Shown here: positions 8,456-17,701 of the stretch, piece by piece
Position numbering within the stretch: the stretch's first letter is position 1
Layout of the letters: each line of letters opens with the position of its first letter
Assembly (NCBI GenBank): GCA_947373745.1
Contig: CANBZB010000001.1
Coordinates: forward strand, 2,230 to 66,229
Source: Burkholderiales bacterium
Lineage (GTDB): Bacteria > Pseudomonadota > Gammaproteobacteria > Burkholderiales > Burkholderiaceae_C
Direction of reading: 5' to 3'
DNA: 64,000 nt
The notes under the pieces: model-generated
Told to the model about the DNA's origin: nothing
The model's input: only the letters and a program-made list of their open reading frames with translations
Database searches by the model: none
Made by a program: the position numbers and the translations under genes

Positions 8456-10546
8456 ATGGCTACAGACACTCTCAATATGAACGCGATGACCTTGCCCTCG
8501 GGCCAGGCATCTGACAACGCCGCCTCTGCTGGCGCGGGCAATGCCACCGGCACAGCTCTCAAAGTAGATGGCGCTAAATTACCCGCATGGATCAATTCCA
8601 AAGAAGGCCCTGGCGCTTTGGTGATGGATGTATTGCGCCAACCCAGCGTGCGCAAAGCATTGCCTTTTATGGTGATCTTCATGCTCTTGATGTCAGTCGC
8701 GGTGTTCTTCACCTCGATGAAGCCTACGCCTTACCGTCCTTTGGTGTTGATGCTCAATGACGCAGACAAGCAAATCGCGATTGAAACCTTGAAGACTGCA
8801 GATTTCAAGCCGGAAGTAGATCCATCCACAGGTCAGTTGTCTGTTCCCACTACCCGTTACCAAGAAGCCCGCATGTTGTTGGCTTCCAAAGGTTTGCCAC
8901 GCACAGAAGTCTCTGGCATGGACAACCTCAAAGATATGCCCGCCATGACCACCAGCCAGTTTATGGAACAGGTGCGCTATAACAATGCGATGGAGCAAGA
9001 GCTCTCACGCAGCATTGTGCAAATCGGCGGCATCAAATCTGCTCGTGTGCATTTGGCCGCGCCTAAGCAAAGTGTGTTTGTGCGTGACCGTGCACCTACC
9101 AAAGCATCGGTGATCATCACCCGCTTGCCTGGCCGCACGATTTCTGCAGCCAATGTGCAAGCGATCATTCAATTGGTCGCTTCCAGCGTGCCTTATTTGG
9201 CACCTGAGAATGTCTCTGTGGTGGATAACTTTGGCAGCTTGATGAATGAAATGTTGGTTGAGCAGCCATTAGGTTTGACTTCTGCCCAGCTCACACAAAA
9301 GCAGCAGATGGAAGACCTCTATCGCACGCGTTTGATCCAGTTGTTGGCACCTATCGTGGGTGAATCGAATGTCAGCGCACAAGTCAGCATGACTTTAGAT
9401 TTCACACAAACTGAAGTCACTACGGAAGACTTTGACTCACAAGACAAAGGTCCTAAGACCCGTTCTGAACTCTTCGTAGAAGACCGCAATACATTGCGCG
9501 ATGCGATTGGTTTGCCAGGTTCTTTGGCCAATACGCCTCCTGCGCAGAACAATCCACAAGCTACGACCCAATCGAACTCAGACCCCTTAAAAGGTGTGAG
9601 TGAAAAAGGCGTGCAAGTGACTGCGCGTAGTACCAAAAACTATGAACTCGACCGCTCGGTGCGACACACCAAAGGTGCGATGGGCACGATTACCAAAATT
9701 GGTGTGGGTGTGTTGATCAATGAGCGTCCTATTCCTGCTGGCACCAAGATTGAAAAGCCTGCCGATGGCTCTGCACCACCGACATCGGTTCCTTACACAC
9801 CTGAAGAATTAGACCGTTTGAACCAGTTGGTCAAAGGCGCTGTGGGTTTCAACGAAACACGTGGTGACGTAGTGACGGTTGTGGCAACCAAATTTGAACC
9901 CCAGTTCGATCCATCGATCGTGCCTTGGTACCGTGATGAAAACTACCAAGTGATGGTCAACGCAGGTGTAGTCGGTTCTATCTTCTTACTCGTCTTGTTG
10001 CTAGTGGTGCGTCCGATGGTGCGTCGACTCACAGCGCCTGAGGTGGACCCAGCTGCTGTAGCTGCCGCTGCTGCCGAGGCTGCAAATGCTGAAGCCAAGA
10101 TGGCGATTGAGGTGGCCACTGCAGAATCCGCTGCCGCAAAACTATCTGCCCAGCAAGCCCGTGAAGCCCACGAAGCAGAAATCGCAAGAATTGCAGAAGA
10201 AGCGATGTTGGCTGCACAAGAAGCCGCACGCTTGGCAGAAGAAGCGCGTATCGCTGCGATTGCCCAAGCCGAAGCGGAGGCCGCAGCCGCGAAAGCTGCC
10301 GCCGAAGCAGCGCTAGCCCAAGTCACTGGCGAAGGGGAAACTGAAGAAATTGAAATTCAAGAAGGCGAGTCCTTAGAAGAAGTAAAAGCCCGTATGGCCG
10401 CTATGAAACCTAAGAAACAGTCCATCTCTGCTGATTTGCTCAACACTGCAAATTCTTATGATGACAAAGTCGCTTTGATTCGTATGATTGTGGCTGAGGA
10501 CTCCACCCGCGTGGCTGGCGTTCTTAAGAACTTGATCCGTCAATAA
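8456..10546 (+). CDS. fliF: Flagellar MS-ring protein FliF with extended Ala/Glu-rich cytoplasmic tail (696 aa)
   Basis: Two TM segments; EQELSRSIVQIGGIKSARVHLAAPKQSVF, TKASV, LVASSVPYL.PENVSVVD, NYELDR, LVKGAVGFNETRGDVVTV motifs. Confidence 0.96.
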   Translation: MATDTLNMNAMTLPSGQASDNAASAGAGNATGTALKVDGAKLPAWINSKEGPGALVMDVLRQPSVRKALPFMVIFMLLMSVAVFFTSMKPTPYRPLVLMLNDADKQIAIETLKTADFKPEVDPSTGQLSVPTTRYQEARMLLASKGLPRTEVSGMDNLKDMPAMTTSQFMEQVRYNNAMEQELSRSIVQIGGIKSARVHLAAPKQSVFVRDRAPTKASVIITRLPGRTISAANVQAIIQLVASSVPYLAPENVSVVDNFGSLMNEMLVEQPLGLTSAQLTQKQQMEDLYRTRLIQLLAPIVGESNVSAQVSMTLDFTQTEVTTEDFDSQDKGPKTRSELFVEDRNTLRDAIGLPGSLANTPPAQNNPQATTQSNSDPLKGVSEKGVQVTARSTKNYELDRSVRHTKGAMGTITKIGVGVLINERPIPAGTKIEKPADGSAPPTSVPYTPEELDRLNQLVKGAVGFNETRGDVVTVVATKFEPQFDPSIVPWYRDENYQVMVNAGVVGSIFLLVLLLVVRPMVRRLTAPEVDPAAVAAAAAEAANAEAKMAIEVATAESAAAKLSAQQAREAHEAEIARIAEEAMLAAQEAARLAEEARIAAIAQAEAEAAAAKAAAEAALAQVTGEGETEEIEIQEGESLEEVKARMAAMKPKKQSISADLLNTANSYDDKVALIRMIVAEDSTRVAGVLKNLIRQ

Positions 10547-10576
10547 CACCGAATAATTTAAGTTTAGGACTACACC

Positions 10577-11611
10577 ATGGCTGATATCAATATGGGAATG
10601 ACGGAGGCACTACGTGCTGAGATGGCCAACATTACCTCTACCCAACGTGCGGCAGTTTTGATGTTGCTCTTGGGCGAAGAACAAGCGGCTGACATCATTA
10701 AATTTTTGAATCCCAAAGAAGTACAAGCTTTGGGCGCTGCGATGGTGGCTGCGGCAGACTTTTCGCAAGAAGCTGTCAACGTGGTGTTGGACGAATTTGT
10801 AGACCACTTGAAGAAGCAATCTTCTTTGAGTATGGGTAGTACCGACTATGTAGAAAACGTGATGCGCCGCGCTTTAGGCGACGACAAAGCAGCGTCTGTG
10901 TTGAACCGCATCATGCCAGGACAAGCTAGCAAAGGCTTAGAAATTTTGACGTGGATGGATGCCCGTGGCATTGCAGACATGATCAAGGCGGAACATCCAC
11001 AAGTGGTCGCCATCATCTTGTCATTATTAGAGGCCACCGTGGCAGCAGATGTTTTGAATTTTCTACCGCCCGAATCACGCGCAGAAGTGATCCAGCGTGT
11101 CGCTAGTTTAGACACCGTGCAACCTTCGGCCATGGCTGAACTAGAAGGCATCATGAAGATGCAGTTCTCTAAGAGCGCATCGTCACAGTCTTCAAGCTTT
11201 GGCGGCGTAGAAGCTGCTGCCAAGATCATGAACTTGACCAAGACCGCTTTGGAGTCCAGCATCATGAATGGTTTGAACGAGATCGACCCAGAGTTGATGC
11301 TCAAGATTCAAGACAATATGTTCACCTTCGAGAGCTTGGTAGGTGTGAACAACAAAGGTATTCAGGTACTCATGCGCACTGTTGAGCCTGACATGCTGAT
11401 GGTGGCTCTTAAAGGTGCAAGCCCAGATTGCCAAGCCCGCTTTTTTGACAACATGTCTGAACGCGCGCGTGGCATGTTCCGTGACGATATGGAAGCCAAA
11501 GGCCCACAACGCATGTCAGATGTGGAAGAAGCACAAAAGAAGATCATGCGTATGGCCAGACAGTTGTCTGACTCTGGTGAATTGGTGCTAGGTGGCGGCG
11601 ACTATGTATAA
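10577..11611 (+). CDS. fliG: Flagellar motor switch protein FliG
   Basis: QRAAVLMLLLGEEQAA, EHPQVVAIIL, MFTFESL, NMSERA...DDME...SDVEEAQKKI. Confidence 0.97.
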   Translation: MADINMGMTEALRAEMANITSTQRAAVLMLLLGEEQAADIIKFLNPKEVQALGAAMVAAADFSQEAVNVVLDEFVDHLKKQSSLSMGSTDYVENVMRRALGDDKAASVLNRIMPGQASKGLEILTWMDARGIADMIKAEHPQVVAIILSLLEATVAADVLNFLPPESRAEVIQRVASLDTVQPSAMAELEGIMKMQFSKSASSQSSSFGGVEAAAKIMNLTKTALESSIMNGLNEIDPELMLKIQDNMFTFESLVGVNNKGIQVLMRTVEPDMLMVALKGASPDCQARFFDNMSERARGMFRDDMEAKGPQRMSDVEEAQKKIMRMARQLSDSGELVLGGGDYV

Positions 11612-13040
11612 CCATGTGGTTGCAAAGCGCTCAGGCATTGCTTGGCAGCCCGGATCTCAGCTGCACTTGCGTCGTTCTGAGTTGGGGTATGACACGACTG
11701 CTTGGGGCGAAGACACGCCGCAAGAATTTTCTGATGCGCCGTATCCGGAAAATCCAGATGGCTTCGCCACCGATGCGTATACATCGGTTACGCAAACACT
11801 GACTGAACAAGCCAGGCTGTCTTTGGCCTTATTGCAAGAGCAAGAGGCACAAGCGAGTTTTGATAGCAACCTGACGCCTGCGAAAACAAGTGCATCTGTG
11901 AATGCGCATTTGCCTTTTGTGATGGACGATTACGCTGCAGCAAAACGCATCAAGGTTTTGTTAGCAAAAGGTTTACTAGATAAAACTAGCACAGGACGGT
12001 TCGTAGATGATCTGTTCGTTACAAAAACTGGTTTTAAATCGGACGGCGAAGAATTGAATACACCGCCAACGCACTTGGAGGCTACACAAGAGGCCCTAGA
12101 TGCAGTGTTGGACGACGCGGACGCGGTACCTGAGCAAACTACCGAAGAACAGCAAGAAGAGCTGGGAGTTGTTGCAGAAGTCAGTGGTATTTCTTTAGAA
12201 GAAATCGTGCAACGCGAACAAGCGCAGTTTGCCAAAGGGCTGGCCCAAGGAATGGAAGAAGGGAAGTCTTTAGGCTTTGAACAAGGTAAGACGCAAGGCA
12301 TAGAAGAGGGCAAGGCGCTAGGCTTTGAAACAGGTAAAGCGCAGGGCATTGAGGAAGGTAAGGGCCAAGGTTTAGAGGAAGCTATACAAGAGGCGTTAGA
12401 AAAAGGTAAAGCCCAAGGTCTTGAGGAAGGAATCGCCCAAGGCATAGCGCAAGGCGAACGCCAAGCCCGCGAGGCAATGGAGCAAGAAGTCGCGACGCAA
12501 TGCGAGGTGCTCTCGCAGGTGGCAGAAGGCTTGCATGACTTGCTACAAGACCCTCAACGGTTTTTTAATCCATTGAAGCGCTTGGCCATGCATATGGCGC
12601 AGCATATTGCTAAGCATGAGTTGAGTATTTCACCGCAAGCAATCGATGCGTTGGTGCAAAACTGCTTGAATGAACTAGACCACCCCATCAAAGGCGCGGT
12701 GGTAGTGGAGCTCAATCCACAAGATAAAAAATTACTAGAAACGTTGGCTACAGCTAATTTACAGGGTGTACACCTAGAAGCTGTGCCCCAATTGACGTCT
12801 GGCAGTGTGCGCGTGATTGCCAACGATATGGTGGTGGAAGACTTGATAGAAAACCGGCTTGAAGCTTTGGTCAAAAGTTTGGCGCTCCAAGAAGTCGCAC
12901 CCCGTGCAGCAACACACATAGAAGCGGAGCTTCAAAAGGAATCTACGGAATCTTCTGAAGAAATATCTTTTGAGCCGTCTTTTGAGGCCGACGAACAGAT
13001 TAAAAAAGATGATGGAGAGGTAGAAGATGTTCATTCCTGA
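11604..13040 (+). CDS. fliH: Flagellar assembly protein FliH, unusually long (~478 aa)
   Basis: GxxxG repeat tract (KGLAQGMEEGKSLGFEQGK...), C-terminal VELNPQD...LTSGSVRV; ATG at 11604 overlaps the fliG stop; lies between fliG and fliI. Confidence 0.85.
   Translation: MYNHVVAKRSGIAWQPGSQLHLRRSELGYDTTAWGEDTPQEFSDAPYPENPDGFATDAYTSVTQTLTEQARLSLALLQEQEAQASFDSNLTPAKTSASVNAHLPFVMDDYAAAKRIKVLLAKGLLDKTSTGRFVDDLFVTKTGFKSDGEELNTPPTHLEATQEALDAVLDDADAVPEQTTEEQQEELGVVAEVSGISLEEIVQREQAQFAKGLAQGMEEGKSLGFEQGKTQGIEEGKALGFETGKAQGIEEGKGQGLEEAIQEALEKGKAQGLEEGIAQGIAQGERQAREAMEQEVATQCEVLSQVAEGLHDLLQDPQRFFNPLKRLAMHMAQHIAKHELSISPQAIDALVQNCLNELDHPIKGAVVVELNPQDKKLLETLATANLQGVHLEAVPQLTSGSVRVIANDMVVEDLIENRLEALVKSLALQEVAPRAATHIEAELQKESTESSEEISFEPSFEADEQIKKDDGEVEDVHS
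12256..12360 (+). repeat. 48-bp tandem duplication within the FliH GxxxG tract
   Basis: EEGKSLGFEQGKTQGI / EEGKALGFETGKAQGI / EEGK; boundaries approximate. Confidence 0.6.
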
Positions 13041-13674
13041 CGTCATCAATACTTTATTGATGGGTTTGATTTTCATGGTCATTGTGGTGACCGTGGTACG
13101 CCCGTTTGTGCTGCACATCGTCAACGGTTCAATGTCCACGGAAGACTTGCAAAAAGAAGCGATTGAAACCGTTCAGCAAGAAATGATGCGTGTCAGTATT
13201 TTGGCTGAAGCGCAGCGCAACGAACAAATTCGCTTTCAGCAATTGCTCTTAGAAGTTCCAGAAAAACCAAAACCCAAACCAGTCCCTGAAATCGATCTGG
13301 AGGCGGAAGAAGCCAAGGCCAAAGAAGAAGCAGAGGCGCACGCACAAGCGCTGGCCGATGCGGCAGCCGCTGAAGCGCAAGCAGCAGAGGCAGTTGAAGA
13401 ATCTGCGGCTGAAGGCGAGGAATCCATCGCAGAAGGCGAAGCGGTAGAAGAAACAGCAAGCACCGAAATTGTGATGCAAGAAGGTGAGTCATTGGCTGAT
13501 GTGAAGGCGCGTATGAAGCGCGAACAAGCCAAAGCCAAGAAACCCACGATTCCGCCAGAGTTACTGAACAACGCCAACAGCTACGAAGACAAAGTAGGCG
13601 TGGTGCGCATGGTGGTGCAAAATGACCAAAGCCGCGTGGCCAGCGTGATCCGCAGCATGATCCAAACGCAATAA
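13027..13674 (+). CDS. Stand-alone paralogue of the FliF C-terminal region (TM + FliG-binding tail), 'mini-FliF'
   Basis: G.IF.....VVRP.V TM motif and the last ~62 aa align to this locus's own FliF; GGAGAGG RBS; ATG overlaps the end of fliH. Confidence 0.88.
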   Translation: MFIPDVINTLLMGLIFMVIVVTVVRPFVLHIVNGSMSTEDLQKEAIETVQQEMMRVSILAEAQRNEQIRFQQLLLEVPEKPKPKPVPEIDLEAEEAKAKEEAEAHAQALADAAAAEAQAAEAVEESAAEGEESIAEGEAVEETASTEIVMQEGESLADVKARMKREQAKAKKPTIPPELLNNANSYEDKVGVVRMVVQNDQSRVASVIRSMIQTQ

Positions 13675-13692
13675 CCAACCTATCACTTTCCC

Positions 13693-15012
13693 ATGCTTGA
13701 TTTCGCACAAGAAGTAGAGACCACGCTAGAGCAATTGCGCGTGCCAGATCCGCAACGTAGCGGCACCTTGGTGCGCTTAGTAGGTTTGACATTAGAGACC
13801 CGCGGCATCATGGCACCTTTGGGTGCGTGTTGCGAAGTGATAGGTCAACATGGCCATCGCATTGAGGCCGAGGTAGTCGGATTCAATGACCGCACTTTGT
13901 ATTTGATGCCGTTCACAGACCCTGTGGGCGTAGGTCCTGGCGACATGGTGCGCGTGATGCGCAACTCAGGCCAAGTCCGTTTGGGTGATGGCTTATTAGG
14001 CCGAGTGATTGATGGCCGTGGACAACCTTTAGATGGTCGTCCTTTGCCTGAATTACCAGACCAAATGACATTGTTTGGAAGTCCGCTCAATCCTATGGAG
14101 CGTGGCCCGATCAAATCAATTTTGGATGTAGGCGTGAAGGCCATCAACTCTGTATTAACAGTGGGTCAAGGCCAACGCATTGGTTTAGTCGCTGGCTCTG
14201 GTGTGGGTAAAAGTATTTTGCTCGGCATGTTGACCCGCTTTACCAAAGCCGACATCGTGGTGATCGGTTTGATTGGTGAGCGTGGCCGCGAAGTGCAAGC
14301 ATTTATCAGTGAATCGTTGGGAGACGAAGGTTTGGCGAAGTCTGTGGTGATTGCCGCACCTGCGAACGTTTCTCCTGTCTTGCGACTCAAAGCCACGCAC
14401 ATGACCCATGTGGTCGCAGAATATTTTCGTGACAAAGGCTTGAACGTGTTGATGCTGTGCGACAGCTTAACGCGTGTGGCCCACGCACAGCGTGAAATTG
14501 GTTTGGCGATTGGCGAACCGCCTACTGCCAAAGGTTATCCCCCATCTGTGTTTGCCTTGTTACCCAATTTGATTGAACGCGGTGGCGTTGGTAGACATGG
14601 CCACGGCTCGATCACTTCGATCTACACCGTGCTCGCCGAAGGTGATGACGCATCCGACCCCATCGTGGACATTGCCCGCGCATCTTTAGACGGACAAGTG
14701 ATGTTGTCGCGTACCCTAGCCGATCAAGCGCATTACCCCGCGATTGATTTGAATGGTTCAATTTCACGTGTGATGCAAACCTTGGTCGATAGCGAGTCAT
14801 TGCGCCAAGCCAATCGGTTTAGACGTTTATGGTCTGTCTACCAACAAAACGCCGACTTGGTACAAGTGGGTGCTTATGAAGCCGGAACCAATCCTGAGTT
14901 GGATGAAGCGATTCGCTTGCGCGAACAAATGGTGATGTTCTTGCGCCAAGACATGCACATCAGCGAAGACTACGACGTCTCCTTGAGTAACCTCAAACAC
15001 TTGATGTCATGA
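13693..15012 (+). CDS. fliI: Flagellum-specific export ATPase FliI
   Basis: AGSGVGKS Walker A, IGERGREV, DSLTRVAHAQREIGLAIGEPPTAKGYPPSV, HYPAIDL. Confidence 0.97.
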   Translation: MLDFAQEVETTLEQLRVPDPQRSGTLVRLVGLTLETRGIMAPLGACCEVIGQHGHRIEAEVVGFNDRTLYLMPFTDPVGVGPGDMVRVMRNSGQVRLGDGLLGRVIDGRGQPLDGRPLPELPDQMTLFGSPLNPMERGPIKSILDVGVKAINSVLTVGQGQRIGLVAGSGVGKSILLGMLTRFTKADIVVIGLIGERGREVQAFISESLGDEGLAKSVVIAAPANVSPVLRLKATHMTHVVAEYFRDKGLNVLMLCDSLTRVAHAQREIGLAIGEPPTAKGYPPSVFALLPNLIERGGVGRHGHGSITSIYTVLAEGDDASDPIVDIARASLDGQVMLSRTLADQAHYPAIDLNGSISRVMQTLVDSESLRQANRFRRLWSVYQQNADLVQVGAYEAGTNPELDEAIRLREQMVMFLRQDMHISEDYDVSLSNLKHLMS

Positions 15013-15446
15013 AACCCCGCGCAGCATGGCCCATCTTGGCAAAAAAAGCCAAAGAAAAGTGCGACCACGCCATGGCTGCTTTGGTCAAGGGTCGCGAAAA
15101 AATCAAAAACCTTGAACAAAGTCGCAACCGGATGGAAGCGCTTTATGCAGACTATCTGGCACGATCGATTGAAGCCGAAAAAAACTCGCTCAGCATGCAA
15201 GAGACGGTGAACTTTCGTGGATTCTTGCAACAAATACAAACTTTGATTAAACGTGTCGATGTTGACCTCCAACACGCTAAATTTGAGTTGGATGTTCTAA
15301 AAGGTAATTTGCTAGCAGCAGAGAAAAAACGCATCCAAATGGACACCTTGCAAGAGCAAGATGAGCGGCGAGTGAGAGTTGCCGCGGCTAAGCGGGAACA
15401 ACGCGCTATGGATGCTGCGGGTGTGATGCTTTTTAATATGAAGTGA
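15009..15446 (+). CDS. fliJ: Flagellar export protein FliJ
   Basis: 145-aa coiled coil after fliI with NFRGFLQQIQ and KREQRAMD; 4-bp overlap. Confidence 0.85.
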   Translation: MKPRAAWPILAKKAKEKCDHAMAALVKGREKIKNLEQSRNRMEALYADYLARSIEAEKNSLSMQETVNFRGFLQQIQTLIKRVDVDLQHAKFELDVLKGNLLAAEKKRIQMDTLQEQDERRVRVAAAKREQRAMDAAGVMLFNMK

Positions 15447-15499
15447 CCAATGCAGGGTCCTATCTAGCGCTTTACGCTGGTATGGGAACCGTTTGGGTT

Positions 15500-16252
15500 T
15501 TATCTTGGTGTTTGCCATCCCGCTTGCAACCAATGCCAATAGTGGGGTTTGAATTCCCAAGGAATGAGGGTGGTGGGCGTGTCGTCCGCAAATACGTGTG
15601 AAGTCAGGTGGTCAAACCACACGCCTTGGGCTTGCAAGCTTTGCACCAAGGTTTGGCTGTAAGTTGCTTCCATATCTTTGGGATACGCGTTTTGCCGAAC
15701 GTTTTGTATGCGTGAATCTAGTGAATGTGTCTCTAGGGTGGGACCCGACAGCAAATCATGGACGCTGCCCCAATCACGTCCTTGCAGAGTGGTTTTGAGT
15801 CCGCGCAGTTCTTTTTCTACCCGCACTTCATCGCGGATGCGGTAGCGGTGTTGCCCCAATATATTGTCAAACCAGATACTGGCTTGTGGATGTTGTGCCA
15901 GTATTTCAGGCAGATGAACTATTGCATCTAGTCGATAGTGGGTGATTTGCGTGTGACTTTTGCGCAGAGCAGCGCCATGTCGCCAATTAAATAGGTGCTG
16001 GGCTAGTGGGTCAATGTCATAAGCGGCAATGTGCGTGAATTGCGTGAGCCATTCGGTGGGCATCATCCAACCCGCACTGCAACCCATCAAAAGCAAATGC
16101 GCATGACGCGGCTGGCAACGTAATAAAAAGTTTTCAATATGTGTAACGGTGGGATGCCAACGCTTGTGGGATCGGAAGGCATGCATATGCCAGTTCAGTC
16201 CACCAGTGCCACCTGCATCTACCAAGTCTTTGAATATTTCGCGCATTCCCAT
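15500..16252 (-). CDS. Hypothetical protein, SAM-dependent methyltransferase-like fold
   Basis: LLLMGCSAGW resembles motif I and IAAYDIDP motif II; family not certain. Confidence 0.55.
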   Translation of the reverse strand: MGMREIFKDLVDAGGTGGLNWHMHAFRSHKRWHPTVTHIENFLLRCQPRHAHLLLMGCSAGWMMPTEWLTQFTHIAAYDIDPLAQHLFNWRHGAALRKSHTQITHYRLDAIVHLPEILAQHPQASIWFDNILGQHRYRIRDEVRVEKELRGLKTTLQGRDWGSVHDLLSGPTLETHSLDSRIQNVRQNAYPKDMEATYSQTLVQSLQAQGVWFDHLTSHVFADDTPTTLIPWEFKPHYWHWLQAGWQTPR

Positions 16253-16301
16253 AACTTGGAACTATATCTGTGCAAATTCCGCGCGCGGGTGCCAATTTGA
16301 C

Positions 16302-16318
16302 CTGGCATATTGATTGCA
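16302..16318 (+). promoter_or_regulatory. sigma-54 (-24/-12) promoter of fliOPQR-flhB
   Basis: CTGGCATATTGATTGCA: TGGCAT-N5-TTGCA, ~62 bp before the fliO ATG. Confidence 0.8.
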
Positions 16319-16380
16319 AAGTCTATGGAAGCAGGCACTTTAGGTGTCAATAAACCGTCATTGCGCACAGGAAATTCATC

Positions 16381-16653
16381 ATGCAAAGCTTCAATTGGGC
16401 CCAGTTCATCGCTAGTACGTTCAGTATCTTGCTGCTACTAGGCGTGGCATGGTGGTGGGTCAAGCGCAATAAAACCATGGGACTGCAAGGCAACGGCGAG
16501 CGCCGAATCCAGTTGGTAGAAGCACTTCCTTTGAGTCTGAAGCACAAGATGGTGTTGATCCAAATCGACAACCAAATGGTGTTGGCAAGTGTCAGCCCCA
16601 GCGAAGTCAAAACTCTGCACGCTTGGACCGAGGAGACATCGCATGTTGCGTAA
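16381..16653 (+). CDS. fliO: Flagellar biosynthesis protein FliO
   Basis: Single TM then IQLVEALPLSLKHKMVLIQIDNQMVLASVSPSEVKTLH; precedes fliP. Confidence 0.85.
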   Translation: MQSFNWAQFIASTFSILLLLGVAWWWVKRNKTMGLQGNGERRIQLVEALPLSLKHKMVLIQIDNQMVLASVSPSEVKTLHAWTEETSHVA

Positions 16654-17410
16654 ACAAGTTTCCTTCAAACTTACCTTCGTCTTGATGGCGTTGTTATTGA
16701 TTGCCATGTGTGTGATGCCGATGATGGCGCAAGCGCAAGGCATACCACTGGTCAATGTCAGTGGTGGCAAAGGCGGCCAACAATACAGCATGAGCCTGCA
16801 ATTGCTGGGCTTGATGACAACGCTCACGCTGTTGCCATCGATGTTGCTGATGATGACCTCGTTTGTACGCATCATCATCGTGCTATCTATCCTGCGCCAA
16901 GCTTTAGGTACCGCGCAAACACCGCCCAATACTGTCTTAGTAGGACTGGCTTTGTTTTTGACCTTCTTCATCATGTCGCCCGTCTTCGAGTCGGTCTACA
17001 AAGACGCAGTGGGCCCCTATATGAATGCCAATTTGGACTTTGACAAAGCATTGATCAAAGCGGAAGCACCTGTTCGTGATTTCATGATGAAGCAAACCCG
17101 CGAAGACGATATTGCGATGTTCATGCAAATCGCCAATCGTCGTGAGTTAGACAACTCTTCACAAGTGCCTTTCACTACGCTGATGCCTGCGTTCATCACG
17201 TCGGAGATCAAGAGCGCTTTCACGATTGGTTTCTTGATCTACATCCCTTTTGTGGTGATTGACTTGATCGTCGCCAGTGTATTGATGTCGATGGGCATGA
17301 TGATGCTCTCGCCCATGATTATTTCGATGCCAATCAAACTCATGTTGTTTGTGTTGATCGACGGGTGGACGCTCTTGATGGCGTCGCTGTCGAATAGTTT
17401 TGTTTTTTAA
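16643..17410 (+). CDS. fliP: Flagellar export pore protein FliP
   Basis: MTSFVRIIIVLSILRQALGTAQTPPN, LMPAFITSEIKSAF, IDLIVASVLMSMGMMMLSP; start chosen at ATG 16643. Confidence 0.97.
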   Translation: MLRKQVSFKLTFVLMALLLIAMCVMPMMAQAQGIPLVNVSGGKGGQQYSMSLQLLGLMTTLTLLPSMLLMMTSFVRIIIVLSILRQALGTAQTPPNTVLVGLALFLTFFIMSPVFESVYKDAVGPYMNANLDFDKALIKAEAPVRDFMMKQTREDDIAMFMQIANRRELDNSSQVPFTTLMPAFITSEIKSAFTIGFLIYIPFVVIDLIVASVLMSMGMMMLSPMIISMPIKLMLFVLIDGWTLLMASLSNSFVF

Positions 17411-17422
17411 GGAAGAAGCACC

Positions 17423-17692
17423 ATGGATTCAGCAGCTGTAGTAGATTTAGCGCGTCAAGCGCTCTGGATGACCATGCTCATCTCAGCTCCCTTGCTTTTG
17501 GTCGGCTTAGTTGTGGGTTTGGTAGTGGGTATTTTCCAAGCCGCCACCTCCATCAACGAGCAAACGCTTAGTTTTATTCCTAAAGTGTTTGCAATTGGCT
17601 TGACCATTTCCATCATGGGAGGCTGGATGATCAACACCATGGTCGACTACACCAAGTCCATCTTCACACGCATTCCTAGTTTGTTCATGTAA
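17423..17692 (+). CDS. fliQ: Flagellar export protein FliQ
   Basis: GIFQAATSINEQTLSFIPK signature. Confidence 0.97.
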   Translation: MDSAAVVDLARQALWMTMLISAPLLLVGLVVGLVVGIFQAATSINEQTLSFIPKVFAIGLTISIMGGWMINTMVDYTKSIFTRIPSLFM

Positions 17693-17701
17693 TTTTGAGC
17701 T

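Noticed and set aside
16270-16297. Possible reverse-strand sigma-54 promoter (TTGGCACCCGCG...) for the methyltransferase-like gene
   Set aside because: No GC at the required GG-N10-GC spacing.
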